Positions 8,340 to 17,792 of a stretch of 44,679 bases of DNA are shown here, piece by piece. Each line of letters starts with the position of its first letter. Position 1 is the stretch's first letter. This DNA is from Escherichia phage vB_EcoS_UALMA_PCEc3: sequence record PQ314493; one strand, given 5' to 3'. Below the pieces are notes generated by a model. It saw only the letters and a list, made by a program, of their open reading frames with translations, had not been told where the DNA came from and ran no database searches. Both the position numbers and the translations under genes were made by a program.

Positions 8340-8849
8340 ATGGCAATTCGTTCCGTAGCACTGGCTGGTATGGTTTCTGATACTTCTCTGTATAACATCG
8401 ACGGCGCTTGTGTAGTTGGTGGTGCAACAGCAATTCCGGCTGGCACTGTTGTTGGTGTAACGGCTGCTCAGCCTGTAGATGGACACAAAGTTGTTGGCCT
8501 CCCTGCTGTAACTGGTACACCAGTTAAACCTTATGGTGTTGTTGTTAAATCTCATTACGAGACTCCAGATGGCACAGCTCGCGTAAATGAAGCAGTTAAC
8601 GTAATGACTCATGGTCGCATCTGGGTACGCACCACTCTAGCAGCTGCTCCAGTTTTTGGTAGCAAGGTTTTCGTAAACGCAAGTGGCGTCGTTGTTGCTG
8701 AGGCGGCTACTACTACTTGGGAAACTGGTTTTACATTTGCTGGCGGTTACATCGCAAACACTGGCACAGACCCACAAAACCTGAGCGTTGATGGTGCCCT
8801 AGTTGAGGTTCAGCTTATCCAATCCGCGGACTCAACCGTTGCAGCATAA
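8340..8849 (+). CDS. head structural/decoration-like protein (putative)
   Basis: 169 aa, Gly/Val/Ala-rich, between scaffold-like gene and major capsid gene, followed by terminator. Confidence 0.4.
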   Translation: MAIRSVALAGMVSDTSLYNIDGACVVGGATAIPAGTVVGVTAAQPVDGHKVVGLPAVTGTPVKPYGVVVKSHYETPDGTARVNEAVNVMTHGRIWVRTTLAAAPVFGSKVFVNASGVVVAEAATTTWETGFTFAGGYIANTGTDPQNLSVDGALVEVQLIQSADSTVAA

Positions 8850-8865
8850 TAGTTAAGACTAAACT

Positions 8866-8888
8866 AACCCGCTTCGGCGGGTTTTTTA
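8866..8888 (+). terminator. rho-independent terminator
   Basis: hairpin cccgcttcggcggg (UUCG-type loop) + T-run. Confidence 0.65.
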
Positions 8889-8906
8889 TTGCCTATCATC
8901 TCATCA

Positions 8907-8934
8907 TTGCGTGGTCTAAAAACTCGTGTATAAT
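8907..8934 (+). promoter_or_regulatory. sigma70-like promoter (TTGCGT-16 nt-TATAAT) upstream of major capsid gene
   Basis: -35 TTGCGT 8907-8912, -10 TATAAT 8929-8934 preceded by TG. Confidence 0.5.
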
Positions 8935-8972
8935 GAACCCGTAGACACCTAACTGAAAAGGAACAATAAAGA

Positions 8973-9917
8973 ATGGCCATTAAATTTGATGCAGAACAAG
9001 CAAAAATCACCGCTCACCTCGAGCAAATGGGCGTAGAGAAAGCTGATGCCGCTGGCATCTGGACCGTTAAGCAGCTTACCGCAACTCTGAATCGTGCTTA
9101 CGAAAAAGAGTATGCAGACAATTCTGTTGTTAATATCTTCCCTGTAACCAATGAAATTCCTGGTCACGCGAAGTATTTCGAATACCCAGAGTTTGATGGT
9201 GTTGGTATCGCGCAGATTATCGCTGATTACTCTGATGACCTGCCGCTGGTTGATGCTTTCATGACTGAGAAGCAAGGTAAAGTGTTCCGTTTCGGTAACG
9301 CATTCCTAATTTCTACTGATGAAATTAAAGCGGGCGCCGCAACTGGTCAGTCTCTGTCAACTCGCAAACAGGCTCTGGCTTTCGAAGCGCACGACAACCT
9401 GCTGGATAAACTGGTTTGGTCTGGTTCCACTCCTCACGGTATCGTAAGCGTATTCGATCAGCCTAACATCAACAACGTTGTTGCAACGCCAGACTGGAGC
9501 GAGCCTCTTAACGCAATCAATGACGTAACCGCGATGATTGATGCAGTTGAGACTTCAACTCAGGGTATCCATCATGTGACTGATATTCTGCTTCCGGCAT
9601 CCGCTCGTCGAGTAATGCAGCGCCTGGTTCCGAACACAACCCTGAGCTATGGTGAGTTGTTCACTCGTAACAACCCTGGCCTGACTATTCGTTTCCTGCA
9701 GTTCCTGGATAACTACGATGGCGCAGGTGGTAAAGCCGCTCTGGCGTTTGAGAAAAACCCGCTGAACATGTCTATCGAGATTCCAGAAGCTACAAATGTA
9801 CTTCCTGGTCAACCGAAAGATTTGCACTTTAAGTACCCGGTAACTTCTAAAGCGACAGGTTTGATTGTTTATCGTCCTCTGACGATGGCTGTAATCAAAG
9901 GAATCACCTTCGCGTAA
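8973..9917 (+). CDS. major capsid protein (putative)
   Basis: 314 aa; own promoter and strong terminator; position in head module. Confidence 0.6.
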   Translation: MAIKFDAEQAKITAHLEQMGVEKADAAGIWTVKQLTATLNRAYEKEYADNSVVNIFPVTNEIPGHAKYFEYPEFDGVGIAQIIADYSDDLPLVDAFMTEKQGKVFRFGNAFLISTDEIKAGAATGQSLSTRKQALAFEAHDNLLDKLVWSGSTPHGIVSVFDQPNINNVVATPDWSEPLNAINDVTAMIDAVETSTQGIHHVTDILLPASARRVMQRLVPNTTLSYGELFTRNNPGLTIRFLQFLDNYDGAGGKAALAFEKNPLNMSIEIPEATNVLPGQPKDLHFKYPVTSKATGLIVYRPLTMAVIKGITFA

Positions 9918-9923
9918 TAAATC

Positions 9924-9946
9924 GCCCTCTTCGGAGGGCTTTTTTA
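9924..9946 (+). terminator. rho-independent terminator
   Basis: hairpin gccctcttcggagggc + T-run. Confidence 0.65.
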
Positions 9947-10009
9947 CGTCTGTACCAAATGGATTTGTTCGGTTATAATCACTCAATCAGATAAACAAAG
10001 GAGACAAAA

Positions 10010-10255
10010 ATGATTCGTTTAGAACACACTGGTGCTTGCCTTATCGTTTACAAAGGTGAGAAATATTTACCTGGTGACGCTTTCGAGGTTGATGTAATTT
10101 GCGACGGACTAAAGCGCTTAATCGCAGAGGGCAAACTCACGATTGAGGGTGACGCCACAGCAACCAAACAGATCGCGCAAGAAATTGTTAGCAAGAAAAA
10201 GCGCAAAGAACCTAAAACCATCTCCGAAGCTGAGATTGGCAACGAGTACAAATAG
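10010..10255 (+). CDS. hypothetical protein (81 aa)
   Basis: ORF with RBS aaaggag. Confidence 0.45.
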   Translation: MIRLEHTGACLIVYKGEKYLPGDAFEVDVICDGLKRLIAEGKLTIEGDATATKQIAQEIVSKKKRKEPKTISEAEIGNEYK

Positions 10256-10281
10256 CAAACAGGGCGCTTCGGCGTCCTTTA

Positions 10282-10698
10282 TTGTATGGAGCTAATATGA
10301 ATGATGCAATTTTGGCGTTTATGCGCTCGCTTGTTCCTGCTCTCAAATCGGTGGATGACGAATCAATTAATGTATGGATTGATTTGGCACGTCTATACGT
10401 ATGCGAAAGCAAGTTTGGCGCAGACAAAGATAAGGCAGTGGGACTTTACGCATTACACTTGATGCTTGCTGATGGCGCGTTTAAGGGTGAGAGTGAAGGC
10501 CTGGAAACATACAGCCGTAGAATGGCAAGTTATGCACTGAGCGGTGAATTCTCTATAACTTATGATAACCAATCAGCAATCAAGGGTGAATTATCATCCT
10601 CCTCATGGGGTCGCATGTACAAGGCGCTTCTCCGCAAGAAAGGTGGCGGCTTTGGATTGATTACTTCCGCTGGTGGCGGTGGGTGCGGCTGCCTATGA
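10282..10698 (+). CDS. head-tail connector/adaptor (putative)
   Basis: position between capsid and tail genes; coupled (ATGA) to next gene. Confidence 0.4.
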   Translation: MYGANMNDAILAFMRSLVPALKSVDDESINVWIDLARLYVCESKFGADKDKAVGLYALHLMLADGAFKGESEGLETYSRRMASYALSGEFSITYDNQSAIKGELSSSSWGRMYKALLRKKGGGFGLITSAGGGGCGCL

Positions 10699-11066
10699 AC
10701 TACAGCGAAATAGAATCAATCACTCGCGCTGGAATTAACTTCTTTAGTGATGCTAATGGCGTTTACGAGATGAGTACTGGCGCTGGATATGTTGAAATAG
10801 TCAACGGCGTTGAAGTTGAAGTGCCAGCGCAAATATTCCAGCTAAAAGGCTTGGTGCGAGAAATCAAGACGCGCGATATTGATGGTGAGTTCATCCAGTT
10901 TGGCGATAAGCGCGGAATCTTCACGGCACAGGTGGAAATCAAACAGGGTTATCAGATTAAAGTCGATGGCGAGACTTTTGTTGTTGTTGACCCGAGCCCA
11001 GTTAAACCAACCGGCACAGTCGTTGGTTATAGGCCGATTCTTCGTAGGGTGGCTACTTATGGCTAG
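10695..11066 (+). CDS. head-tail joining protein (putative)
   Basis: in-frame ATG 10695 overlapping upstream stop (track ORF 10605..11066). Confidence 0.4.
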   Translation: MNYSEIESITRAGINFFSDANGVYEMSTGAGYVEIVNGVEVEVPAQIFQLKGLVREIKTRDIDGEFIQFGDKRGIFTAQVEIKQGYQIKVDGETFVVVDPSPVKPTGTVVGYRPILRRVATYG

Positions 11067-11496
11067 AAATATTGGAAGCGTGGCTACTTTTGAGAAATCT
11101 ATTGCCGACTGGATTAACAGAGCAGATAAGGGATTTGAAATTGTAGTCTCCAACACGGTTACCAAGACAGCCAACGCAATTGTGGACTTATCCCCGGTCG
11201 ATACTGGTAGGTTCAAGGCTAACTGGCAAATCACCGCAAACTCACCAGCTCAGCAATCACTGAATGAGTACGATCAGACTGGTGGGCAGACAAAAACATA
11301 TCTCGCCAGACAGGCTAGAGCTGTCGCTAACTCAAAAGCTACGAGTGTTATTTATATAACCAACCGACTTGATTACGCAGCAGATCTTGAGTACGGAGCT
11401 TCAAATCAGGCTCCAGCTGGCGTTTTGGGAGTGGTGCAAGCAAGGTTGGGCAGGTATTTCCAGGAAGCGGTAGAGGAGGCTCGTCGTGCAATATGA
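11059..11496 (+). CDS. HK97 gp10-like tail completion/neck protein
   Basis: motif SPVDTGRFKANW resembles HK97 gp10-family signature; ATG 11059 overlaps upstream stop (track ORF 10879..11496). Confidence 0.5.
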   Translation: MARNIGSVATFEKSIADWINRADKGFEIVVSNTVTKTANAIVDLSPVDTGRFKANWQITANSPAQQSLNEYDQTGGQTKTYLARQARAVANSKATSVIYITNRLDYAADLEYGASNQAPAGVLGVVQARLGRYFQEAVEEARRAI

Positions 11497-11887
11497 ATTA
11501 TCATTAGCAGCAAGGAAATTCGTCGACGATTTGTTGGTAAATGAATTTCCGGTCAGGTATCCAGTTGCGTGGGAGAATTGTAAGTTTACCCCCCCTGCCG
11601 ATGGCTCAATATGGCTTAAGTACGACTACACGGAAGTTGACACCGTAACTTACGGATTAAGCAGGAAGTGCAAATACTACGTAGGCATGGTGCAGGTTTC
11701 TGTTTTCTTCAGTCCTGGAACTGGAATTGACAGGCCCAGACAGATCGCTAATCAATTGGCAGAATCTATCGTTGATGGTACAATGCTTGACAGCGGGACC
11801 ATTTATGAGTCTGGAATTGTTAACCCCGTTATCAAATCCAAGTCTGGGTGGTTTATCCCGGTTCGTTTTTATGTTCGTCTAGACTAA
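11486..11887 (+). CDS. tail terminator-like protein (putative)
   Basis: 133 aa between gp10-like and major tail protein. Confidence 0.4.
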   Translation: MQYELSLAARKFVDDLLVNEFPVRYPVAWENCKFTPPADGSIWLKYDYTEVDTVTYGLSRKCKYYVGMVQVSVFFSPGTGIDRPRQIANQLAESIVDGTMLDSGTIYESGIVNPVIKSKSGWFIPVRFYVRLD

Positions 11888-11902
11888 CAAAAGGAAAAAT
11901 AC

Positions 11903-12559
11903 ATGGCTCATTTATCAAACGGCACCCAGGTGTTTGTAGAAGGCTCTCGCGGAACTGCAATTGACGTAACTGCAATTTCCAACGCAGCTACCCCTGTTTT
12001 AACTGTATCTGACGCATCCGGCGTGGCTGAGGGTGATTACCTGCTTTTCACCTCCTCAGCCTCTACGCTTCTGGCTGACAAGCAAGTTCGCGTAACCGCA
12101 GTCTCTGGCACCTCGGTAACTGTTGAGGGTATTGATACCTCAAGCACTACCAAATTCCCTGCTGGTTTAACTGGTGAGGTTGTCAAGATTACTTCATGGT
12201 TCGAAGTTCCGTGCGTTCAGGACGTATCTACTGACGGCGGCGAGCAGCAGTTCGTTAACTTCCAGTGTCTTTCTGATGACCGTGAACAGCAGATTCCGAC
12301 TTATAAATCTGCCGTAACAAACACCTTTACCTTTGCTCACGAGTACACCAACCCGGTTTATCCGGTTCTGCGTAACTACGATGAGTCTGGCCAGGTTGTT
12401 GCGATTCGCCTGTTCGTACCTCGCGCTCAGGAAATGCGCTTGCAGTCAGGCACTATCGCTTTCAACGACACTCCTACCATTGGTGTTAACGAAATCGAAA
12501 CGGTATCCATCGCAGTATCCATTCGTGGTCGACTGTCCTCTGTGGCAGCTGAAGTTTAA
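11903..12559 (+). CDS. major tail protein (putative)
   Basis: 218 aa, RBS aaaggaaaaa, strong terminator downstream; position before chaperones and tape measure. Confidence 0.55.
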   Translation: MAHLSNGTQVFVEGSRGTAIDVTAISNAATPVLTVSDASGVAEGDYLLFTSSASTLLADKQVRVTAVSGTSVTVEGIDTSSTTKFPAGLTGEVVKITSWFEVPCVQDVSTDGGEQQFVNFQCLSDDREQQIPTYKSAVTNTFTFAHEYTNPVYPVLRNYDESGQVVAIRLFVPRAQEMRLQSGTIAFNDTPTIGVNEIETVSIAVSIRGRLSSVAAEV

Positions 12560-12565
12560 AATACA

Positions 12566-12588
12566 AACCCTCTTCGGAGGGTTTTTTA
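12566..12588 (+). terminator. rho-independent terminator
   Basis: hairpin ccctcttcggaggg + T-run. Confidence 0.65.
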
Positions 12589-12590
12589 TT

Positions 12591-12613
12591 GCATAGCATT
12601 TTTTGCTAAAGAT
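12591..12613 (+). promoter_or_regulatory. degenerate box copy; -10 TATAGT ~12631-12636
   Basis: gcatagcattttttgctaaag. Confidence 0.45.
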
Positions 12614-12669
12614 ATTATTAAACTTTGCTGTATAGTTATCTCATCGAAACGAAATGAGAGACTAAAGAA

Positions 12670-12918
12670 ATGAATAACGCTAAAAACATCATCAAGCTTG
12701 CTGCGGTTCTGGTTGCTTTTTATGCAGTAGTTCAGATTGTCAACCCAACTGGTGAGGCTGATGCCAATAGCAAGGCAAACAAATATACTGTTGAATTTGC
12801 TAAGGCTGAGCGAGAATGTCAGGAGCTTGTAGGTGGCAAAGTTGACCAAATCATGAAATACGGCAAAGAGGTTTGTAAGGACTCGGCTGCTAAGATTGCA
12901 AAAGAAAACACTAAGTAA
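12670..12918 (+). CDS. small secreted Cys-containing protein (moron-like)
   Basis: N-terminal signal-peptide-like segment (MNNAKNIIKLAAVLVAFYAVVQIV, then ADA); own degenerate box cassette; inserted in tail module. Confidence 0.45.
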   Translation: MNNAKNIIKLAAVLVAFYAVVQIVNPTGEADANSKANKYTVEFAKAERECQELVGGKVDQIMKYGKEVCKDSAAKIAKENTK

Positions 12919-12956
12919 TAGAATACATACTCACAAACAATAAGAGGATTAACAAA

Positions 12957-13271
12957 ATGGCAAAGTTCAAACTTTCACTGGCAGCACTCCCAGACTTTAA
13001 GCTACCAGTAAAATTTAAGCTGGCTAACGACCAGGATGTAGAGGTTATCTTTACAGTCAAGCATAAGAAAACATCTGAGTTGCAGGAGCTGCTTAGCAAG
13101 GAAGACTTGAGCACAAAAGAGCTTATTATGGCAATTGCTTCTGATTGGGATCTGGAAGAAGAATACAACGAAGATAACGTTAATGAGTTCTCAGACCTTT
13201 TCCCGGCCTCAACTGTTGCACTGACAACTGCTTACATGCAAGCGCTTGCTGGTCAGCGAGTAAAAAACTAA
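12957..13271 (+). CDS. tail assembly chaperone (gpG-like)
   Basis: 104 aa between major tail protein and tape measure; ends with slippery A_AAA_AAC. Confidence 0.6.
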   Translation: MAKFKLSLAALPDFKLPVKFKLANDQDVEVIFTVKHKKTSELQELLSKEDLSTKELIMAIASDWDLEEEYNEDNVNEFSDLFPASTVALTTAYMQALAGQRVKN

Positions 13272-13591
13272 AACGAGCGGTGTATCTACAGTACCAGTCA
13301 GAGCCAACTGATGCAGAACTGGAAGCTATTGGGATGCGCCGCTCTGATTACGAAGATGAAGAGCCTGAGGTTTTACACTTCGACGACAACATGATGAAAG
13401 CGTGGGACATTTATTGTTCAATGGCTACGCAGTGGAGAGTCGGAGCTAATGGAGCAACAGGACTTGATTACAACGTGCTAAATTTCCTCTTTAGAGTGTA
13501 TAATGTTTCTGAAGAAGAATTGGTGCTCAGCGATTTACGCATCCTTGAAGCTAAGGCTCTAGAGATGATGGATAACCTGAGAAAAAAATAA
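12957..13591 (+). CDS. tail assembly chaperone G-T fusion via -1 programmed frameshift (predicted)
   Basis: slippery heptamer AAAAAAC at 13262-13268; -1 frame is open from slip site through track ORF 13280..13591. Confidence 0.5.
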
Positions 13592-13626
13592 CCCGCTTCG
13601 GCGGGTTTTCTATTATGGAGGCTTAG

Positions 13627-16605
13627 ATGGCAACAAATGAATTAGCCGGAATCACACTAGCCGTAGACGTATCTCAGGTAGACAGGGGTACGCAATCCCT
13701 ACAGAAGTTCAGACAGGCCAACCAGCAAGCCGCTTCCGGTATTAGTGAGTTCGTCAATGCTGAGCAGGTTGCGAAAAACCAGGCTAGAGATACCGCTCAC
13801 GCACTTGCTGAGCAACAAGCATCTTTAGCTAAATTGCAAACTGCTATTGATCCAACTGCGGCAAAGTTCCGTAAGCTGCAAGAGGCGGCTGTAGGACTTG
13901 ATAAGGCATTTGCTGCTGGCGTAGTTCCTGATGAGGAGTTTTTCCGCTTAGGCGAGGCTCTTGAAACGCAGAATGCAAAGCTCGCCCGTTCACGTGCGGC
14001 GCTAACTGAAGAGGGTAGGGCGGCAGCTCAATCCGCAAAGGATAAGGCAAAGGCAAAGGCTGAATCTGATAGATTCATTGCTTCACTTGAGCGACAGGCT
14101 CAAGCGGCAACATTGACGCGTGAGGAGTACTTAAAGTTACAGGCTGCTCAGCTTGGTGTAAGCTCTCAGGCAGCACCTATTATTGACAGAATCGCAGAGG
14201 CTTCAGAGAGGGCTAATGTTCAATTAGCAAACCAAAGTAAGGCGTTTCTGAGATCAGGATTAAGTGCCGGTCAATACAGGAATGCTATCAGGATGCTTCC
14301 GGCACAGATAACTGATATTACCACGTCATTAGCTAGCGGCATGCCTGTTTGGCTTATTGCAATCCAGCAGGGTGGGCAGATTAAGGATAGCTTTGGCGGT
14401 ATTGGCAACACATTTAGATTCGCGCTTGCAGCCTTAAATCCATTCAATGTTGCTGTTGGTGTTTTGGGTGGGGCGCTTGTAGCTCTTGGTGTTGGTGCGG
14501 CTCAGGCTGAAAGTGAATTCAGGGCGTTAAACTCCGCAATTGCGTTCTCCAACAACTCTACAATAGCATCAATCTCGCAGGTTAGAGAGTTGGTTAGTTC
14601 TGTTTCTGATGCAACAGGAGCCACCAGGGGACTTGTGACTAGCATCGCAACGAGCCTTGTTGAGCAAGGAAACCTTACGCTGACGCAGATTGACAAGATT
14701 ACTAAATCGACCGCAAGATGGGCACAGCTGACAGGTAAGGATGCGAAGGAGATTACTGGTTACTATAACCAGATTGCAAGCGACCCAATACAGGGATTGG
14801 TTGATTTGGATAAGCGCTTTAACTTCCTCACGCAGGGGCAGTTGACGACAATCGAAAACCTGAGAAAGACAAAGGGAGAGGTTGAGGCCGTAACTGCTGC
14901 TATTGATATATTTAGCAAATCACAGGAAGCGAACCTTAACGATATTGCGGCCCAACTTACTCCTCTTGAATTGGCGTGGAATGACTTCAGGAAGTACATA
15001 TCTGATGTATGGGATGCAATTAGTCGCAGAACGGTTGGGGCGCTAAACCTGTTTGTTGATGTAATAGCTGGAACAATTGAACAGATTAAGGTCTTCATTA
15101 ATCAAGGTGACGTGCTGATCGGTGAGTTTGTAATTAGTGCGACACAAGCGCTGCAAAACATCCCTGGCCTTGGTGATACTGGGAATAATGTAATCTCTGA
15201 GCAGCAGAAGATTATCGATGCAGCCAAGAAGCAAAACCTTGAGTTAGAAAAGTCTATCAGAGAGCGAGATGCCAGAATCAGAGAAGGAGAGCTTGGTTAC
15301 GTTACTCGCAGGGAAAATCAGAATACGAATGAGCAATCGGGTACTGATGAGGAATTTGCGAAAAGGAGGAAGGCACTTAAGGACGAGCTTGACGCGATCA
15401 AGAAGAACAGGAAAGAGGAGAATGGGAGGGTTAAGGAGCAAAGGGATTTAACAATAGGTTATGAATCTGGCGTTTTAGCACTTCAGGCTCAACTCAAAGT
15501 TCTTCAGGAAAATAGGGATATTGGCGCAGTAATAAGCAACGAGCGAAAGCAGTACCTTCAGGAGGAAGCCAAATTCAGGATTCTTGAGCAGAGGCAACTT
15601 GATGGATCAATAACCAAAGAGCAGGCAAGGCTTCTAATTGAAAAGGATAAAGTTCTTGAGTTGGCAAGGCAGAAGGCTGAGCTAGGTGATCAGATTGTCT
15701 TGCAGGAGCGCGCCAATAAGTTAGCTGAAGATAACCGTAAGAAGATTCTTCAGATTAACAATGAGGCAAGCAATATTAATTTGGGTGCTGGCCTGTCTTC
15801 TCGGGAACAGCAGAGAGCCAAAGAGATTCAGGCTCTTCAGTCCAATCAGGTTAATGCTGGTGGTTCTGTTGATGATGTTGATTTCCAGCAATTACTGGAA
15901 GCAAGAAAGGAATATTACAAGCAGGAGGATAATCTTAGATCAGACTGGCAATCCGGTGTAACATCCACTCTCGCCGACTTGACAGAGAAGTACACTGACT
16001 ACAACCAGATTGCTAAGGACTTAACCGTTGCGGCATTCGATGGAATTACAGAACAGATTACAAACCTTGTAACCACTGGTGAGACTAATTTCAGAGATTT
16101 CACAGCAAGCATCCTCAAAATGATTGCGAAGATTGCAACTCAGTTACTTTTGGTTAAGGCTATAGAATCAACATTAACTAGTTTTGGCGGTGGGGGAGGT
16201 AATGCGTTTGGCTCTTTTGCATCTGCTATAGGCTTTGCTGGTGGCGGCTATACTGGTGATGGTGGGAAGTATCAGCCAGCAGGAACGGTGCACCGCGGTG
16301 AGTTTGTATTCACAAAAGAAGCGACAAGCAGAATTGGCGTGAAAAACCTTTACGCGCTGATGAAGGGTTATGCGAATGGCGGCGCTGTTGGTGGTCCTTC
16401 CGGTTATGCGAATGGTGGTTTGGTTTCTGGTGGAACTGATGTTAATGTTAGCGGCATCACTGTTAACGTAAACTCAGGTGTAGGTAGCGACCCAGAGCAA
16501 GCTAAGGCATTGCAGAACGGCGTTAAAGCTATCGTAGCGGAAGAGATTGCTCAATCATTCCAGCAAGGCGGAAAAGCTTACCAGTACCTGCGAGGATTCA
16601 ACTAA
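13627..16605 (+). CDS. tape measure protein
   Basis: 992 aa, coiled-coil-rich with Gly-rich C-terminal region; position after chaperones. Confidence 0.8.
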   Translation: MATNELAGITLAVDVSQVDRGTQSLQKFRQANQQAASGISEFVNAEQVAKNQARDTAHALAEQQASLAKLQTAIDPTAAKFRKLQEAAVGLDKAFAAGVVPDEEFFRLGEALETQNAKLARSRAALTEEGRAAAQSAKDKAKAKAESDRFIASLERQAQAATLTREEYLKLQAAQLGVSSQAAPIIDRIAEASERANVQLANQSKAFLRSGLSAGQYRNAIRMLPAQITDITTSLASGMPVWLIAIQQGGQIKDSFGGIGNTFRFALAALNPFNVAVGVLGGALVALGVGAAQAESEFRALNSAIAFSNNSTIASISQVRELVSSVSDATGATRGLVTSIATSLVEQGNLTLTQIDKITKSTARWAQLTGKDAKEITGYYNQIASDPIQGLVDLDKRFNFLTQGQLTTIENLRKTKGEVEAVTAAIDIFSKSQEANLNDIAAQLTPLELAWNDFRKYISDVWDAISRRTVGALNLFVDVIAGTIEQIKVFINQGDVLIGEFVISATQALQNIPGLGDTGNNVISEQQKIIDAAKKQNLELEKSIRERDARIREGELGYVTRRENQNTNEQSGTDEEFAKRRKALKDELDAIKKNRKEENGRVKEQRDLTIGYESGVLALQAQLKVLQENRDIGAVISNERKQYLQEEAKFRILEQRQLDGSITKEQARLLIEKDKVLELARQKAELGDQIVLQERANKLAEDNRKKILQINNEASNINLGAGLSSREQQRAKEIQALQSNQVNAGGSVDDVDFQQLLEARKEYYKQEDNLRSDWQSGVTSTLADLTEKYTDYNQIAKDLTVAAFDGITEQITNLVTTGETNFRDFTASILKMIAKIATQLLLVKAIESTLTSFGGGGGNAFGSFASAIGFAGGGYTGDGGKYQPAGTVHRGEFVFTKEATSRIGVKNLYALMKGYANGGAVGGPSGYANGGLVSGGTDVNVSGITVNVNSGVGSDPEQAKALQNGVKAIVAEEIAQSFQQGGKAYQYLRGFN

Positions 16606-16635
16606 TTAACAGGGCTTCGGCCCCTAAGGATTTTT

Positions 16636-16986
16636 ATGGCTATTGATACATTTAATTACTGCACTCAAGTCCAAAATGGAGGCGGCTCTTTCTCTAACAC
16701 GAACAACGTGCGAATTGTTAGCTTCGGAAATGGTTACACCCAAAGGGGTACTGGTGGGTACAGGAGCAACACCAGAAGCTACCAGATGACCTACACTAAC
16801 AAGGACTGGCGCGAGGTTATGGAGTTTTGTTTCAACCACATCATTACCCCCTTCTTCTGGACTACGCCGCAGGGTGACACATCAATGTTTGTGATTCAGC
16901 AAGATAGCATTAGCGTCACACCGCTCAGTAAGGAGATTCAGACTGTAAACATGCAATTCGTAGAAGTATTTAGCTCAATGCGTTAA
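16636..16986 (+). CDS. minor tail protein (lambda gpM-like)
   Basis: 116 aa directly after tape measure. Confidence 0.5.
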   Translation: MAIDTFNYCTQVQNGGGSFSNTNNVRIVSFGNGYTQRGTGGYRSNTRSYQMTYTNKDWREVMEFCFNHIITPFFWTTPQGDTSMFVIQQDSISVTPLSKEIQTVNMQFVEVFSSMR

Positions 16987-16990
16987 ACTA

Positions 16991-17014
16991 AGCCCCTATA
17001 TGGGGCTTTTTTTG
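16991..17014 (+). terminator. rho-independent terminator
   Basis: hairpin agcccctatatggggct + T-run. Confidence 0.6.
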
Positions 17015-17026
17015 TTGGAGAAATAT

Positions 17027-17782
17027 ATGTTAAGTCCAAAGTTTGAAAATCAGTTGCAAAGCCTTTTCCCTGGCGAGATTGTGACACTTATCCAGGTTGA
17101 CGGGACCTCCTTCGGAAGTCTCGTTTACAATTTCCATAATGAGAACATTTCATACACGCCAGAAGAGATTATGCTGGCCCAAATGAATGGCGAGCCACTA
17201 CCAGAGAAGACCATCACATTCCGTGGTGAAGAGTACGGCCCAAGACCTTTTGGTATCTCGGGCATCAATATGACCTCTGACGGAAAGGCCAATAAGGTTA
17301 CACTAACAGTATCAAACGTAGACCAGCGCATTAGCTCCTTGATTAGAACATACAACGGACTTGTTAAAGCTAAGGTTACCATCTGGATTACTACGAGAGA
17401 CAACATCAATGGGGACGGAAGCATTGCTGATGGTGACTATCGCAGATTCGTTTACTTCATTGAGCGACCAAAGCAAGTTGATTACAAGACGGCATCATTT
17501 GAGCTTAACTCACCGATGGATATGGATGGCATTTACATCCCAGCGAGACTTGTTCAGTCTGTTTGCTACTTCGCTTCTCGCGGATGGTATCGAAGTGGTA
17601 ATGGTTGTGCTTATGCTGGTAATAGATATTTCAACAAGGATGATGAGCCAGTGTCAGACCCTTCATTGGATTTCTGCGCCGGAACGGTAAATAGTTGCAA
17701 GATTAGGTTTGGTGAGAATAATCAGTTGGACTTTGGTGGTTGCGCGGCAGCAAGCCTTCAGGCTAAAGCGAATCAGAGTTAA
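17027..17782 (+). CDS. minor tail protein (lambda gpL-like)
   Basis: Cys cluster near C-terminus; track start 17000 is an ATG within terminator hairpin, likely start ATG 17027. Confidence 0.55.
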   Translation: MLSPKFENQLQSLFPGEIVTLIQVDGTSFGSLVYNFHNENISYTPEEIMLAQMNGEPLPEKTITFRGEEYGPRPFGISGINMTSDGKANKVTLTVSNVDQRISSLIRTYNGLVKAKVTIWITTRDNINGDGSIADGDYRRFVYFIERPKQVDYKTASFELNSPMDMDGIYIPARLVQSVCYFASRGWYRSGNGCAYAGNRYFNKDDEPVSDPSLDFCAGTVNSCKIRFGENNQLDFGGCAAASLQAKANQS

Positions 17783-17792
17783 GGAGAGATAA

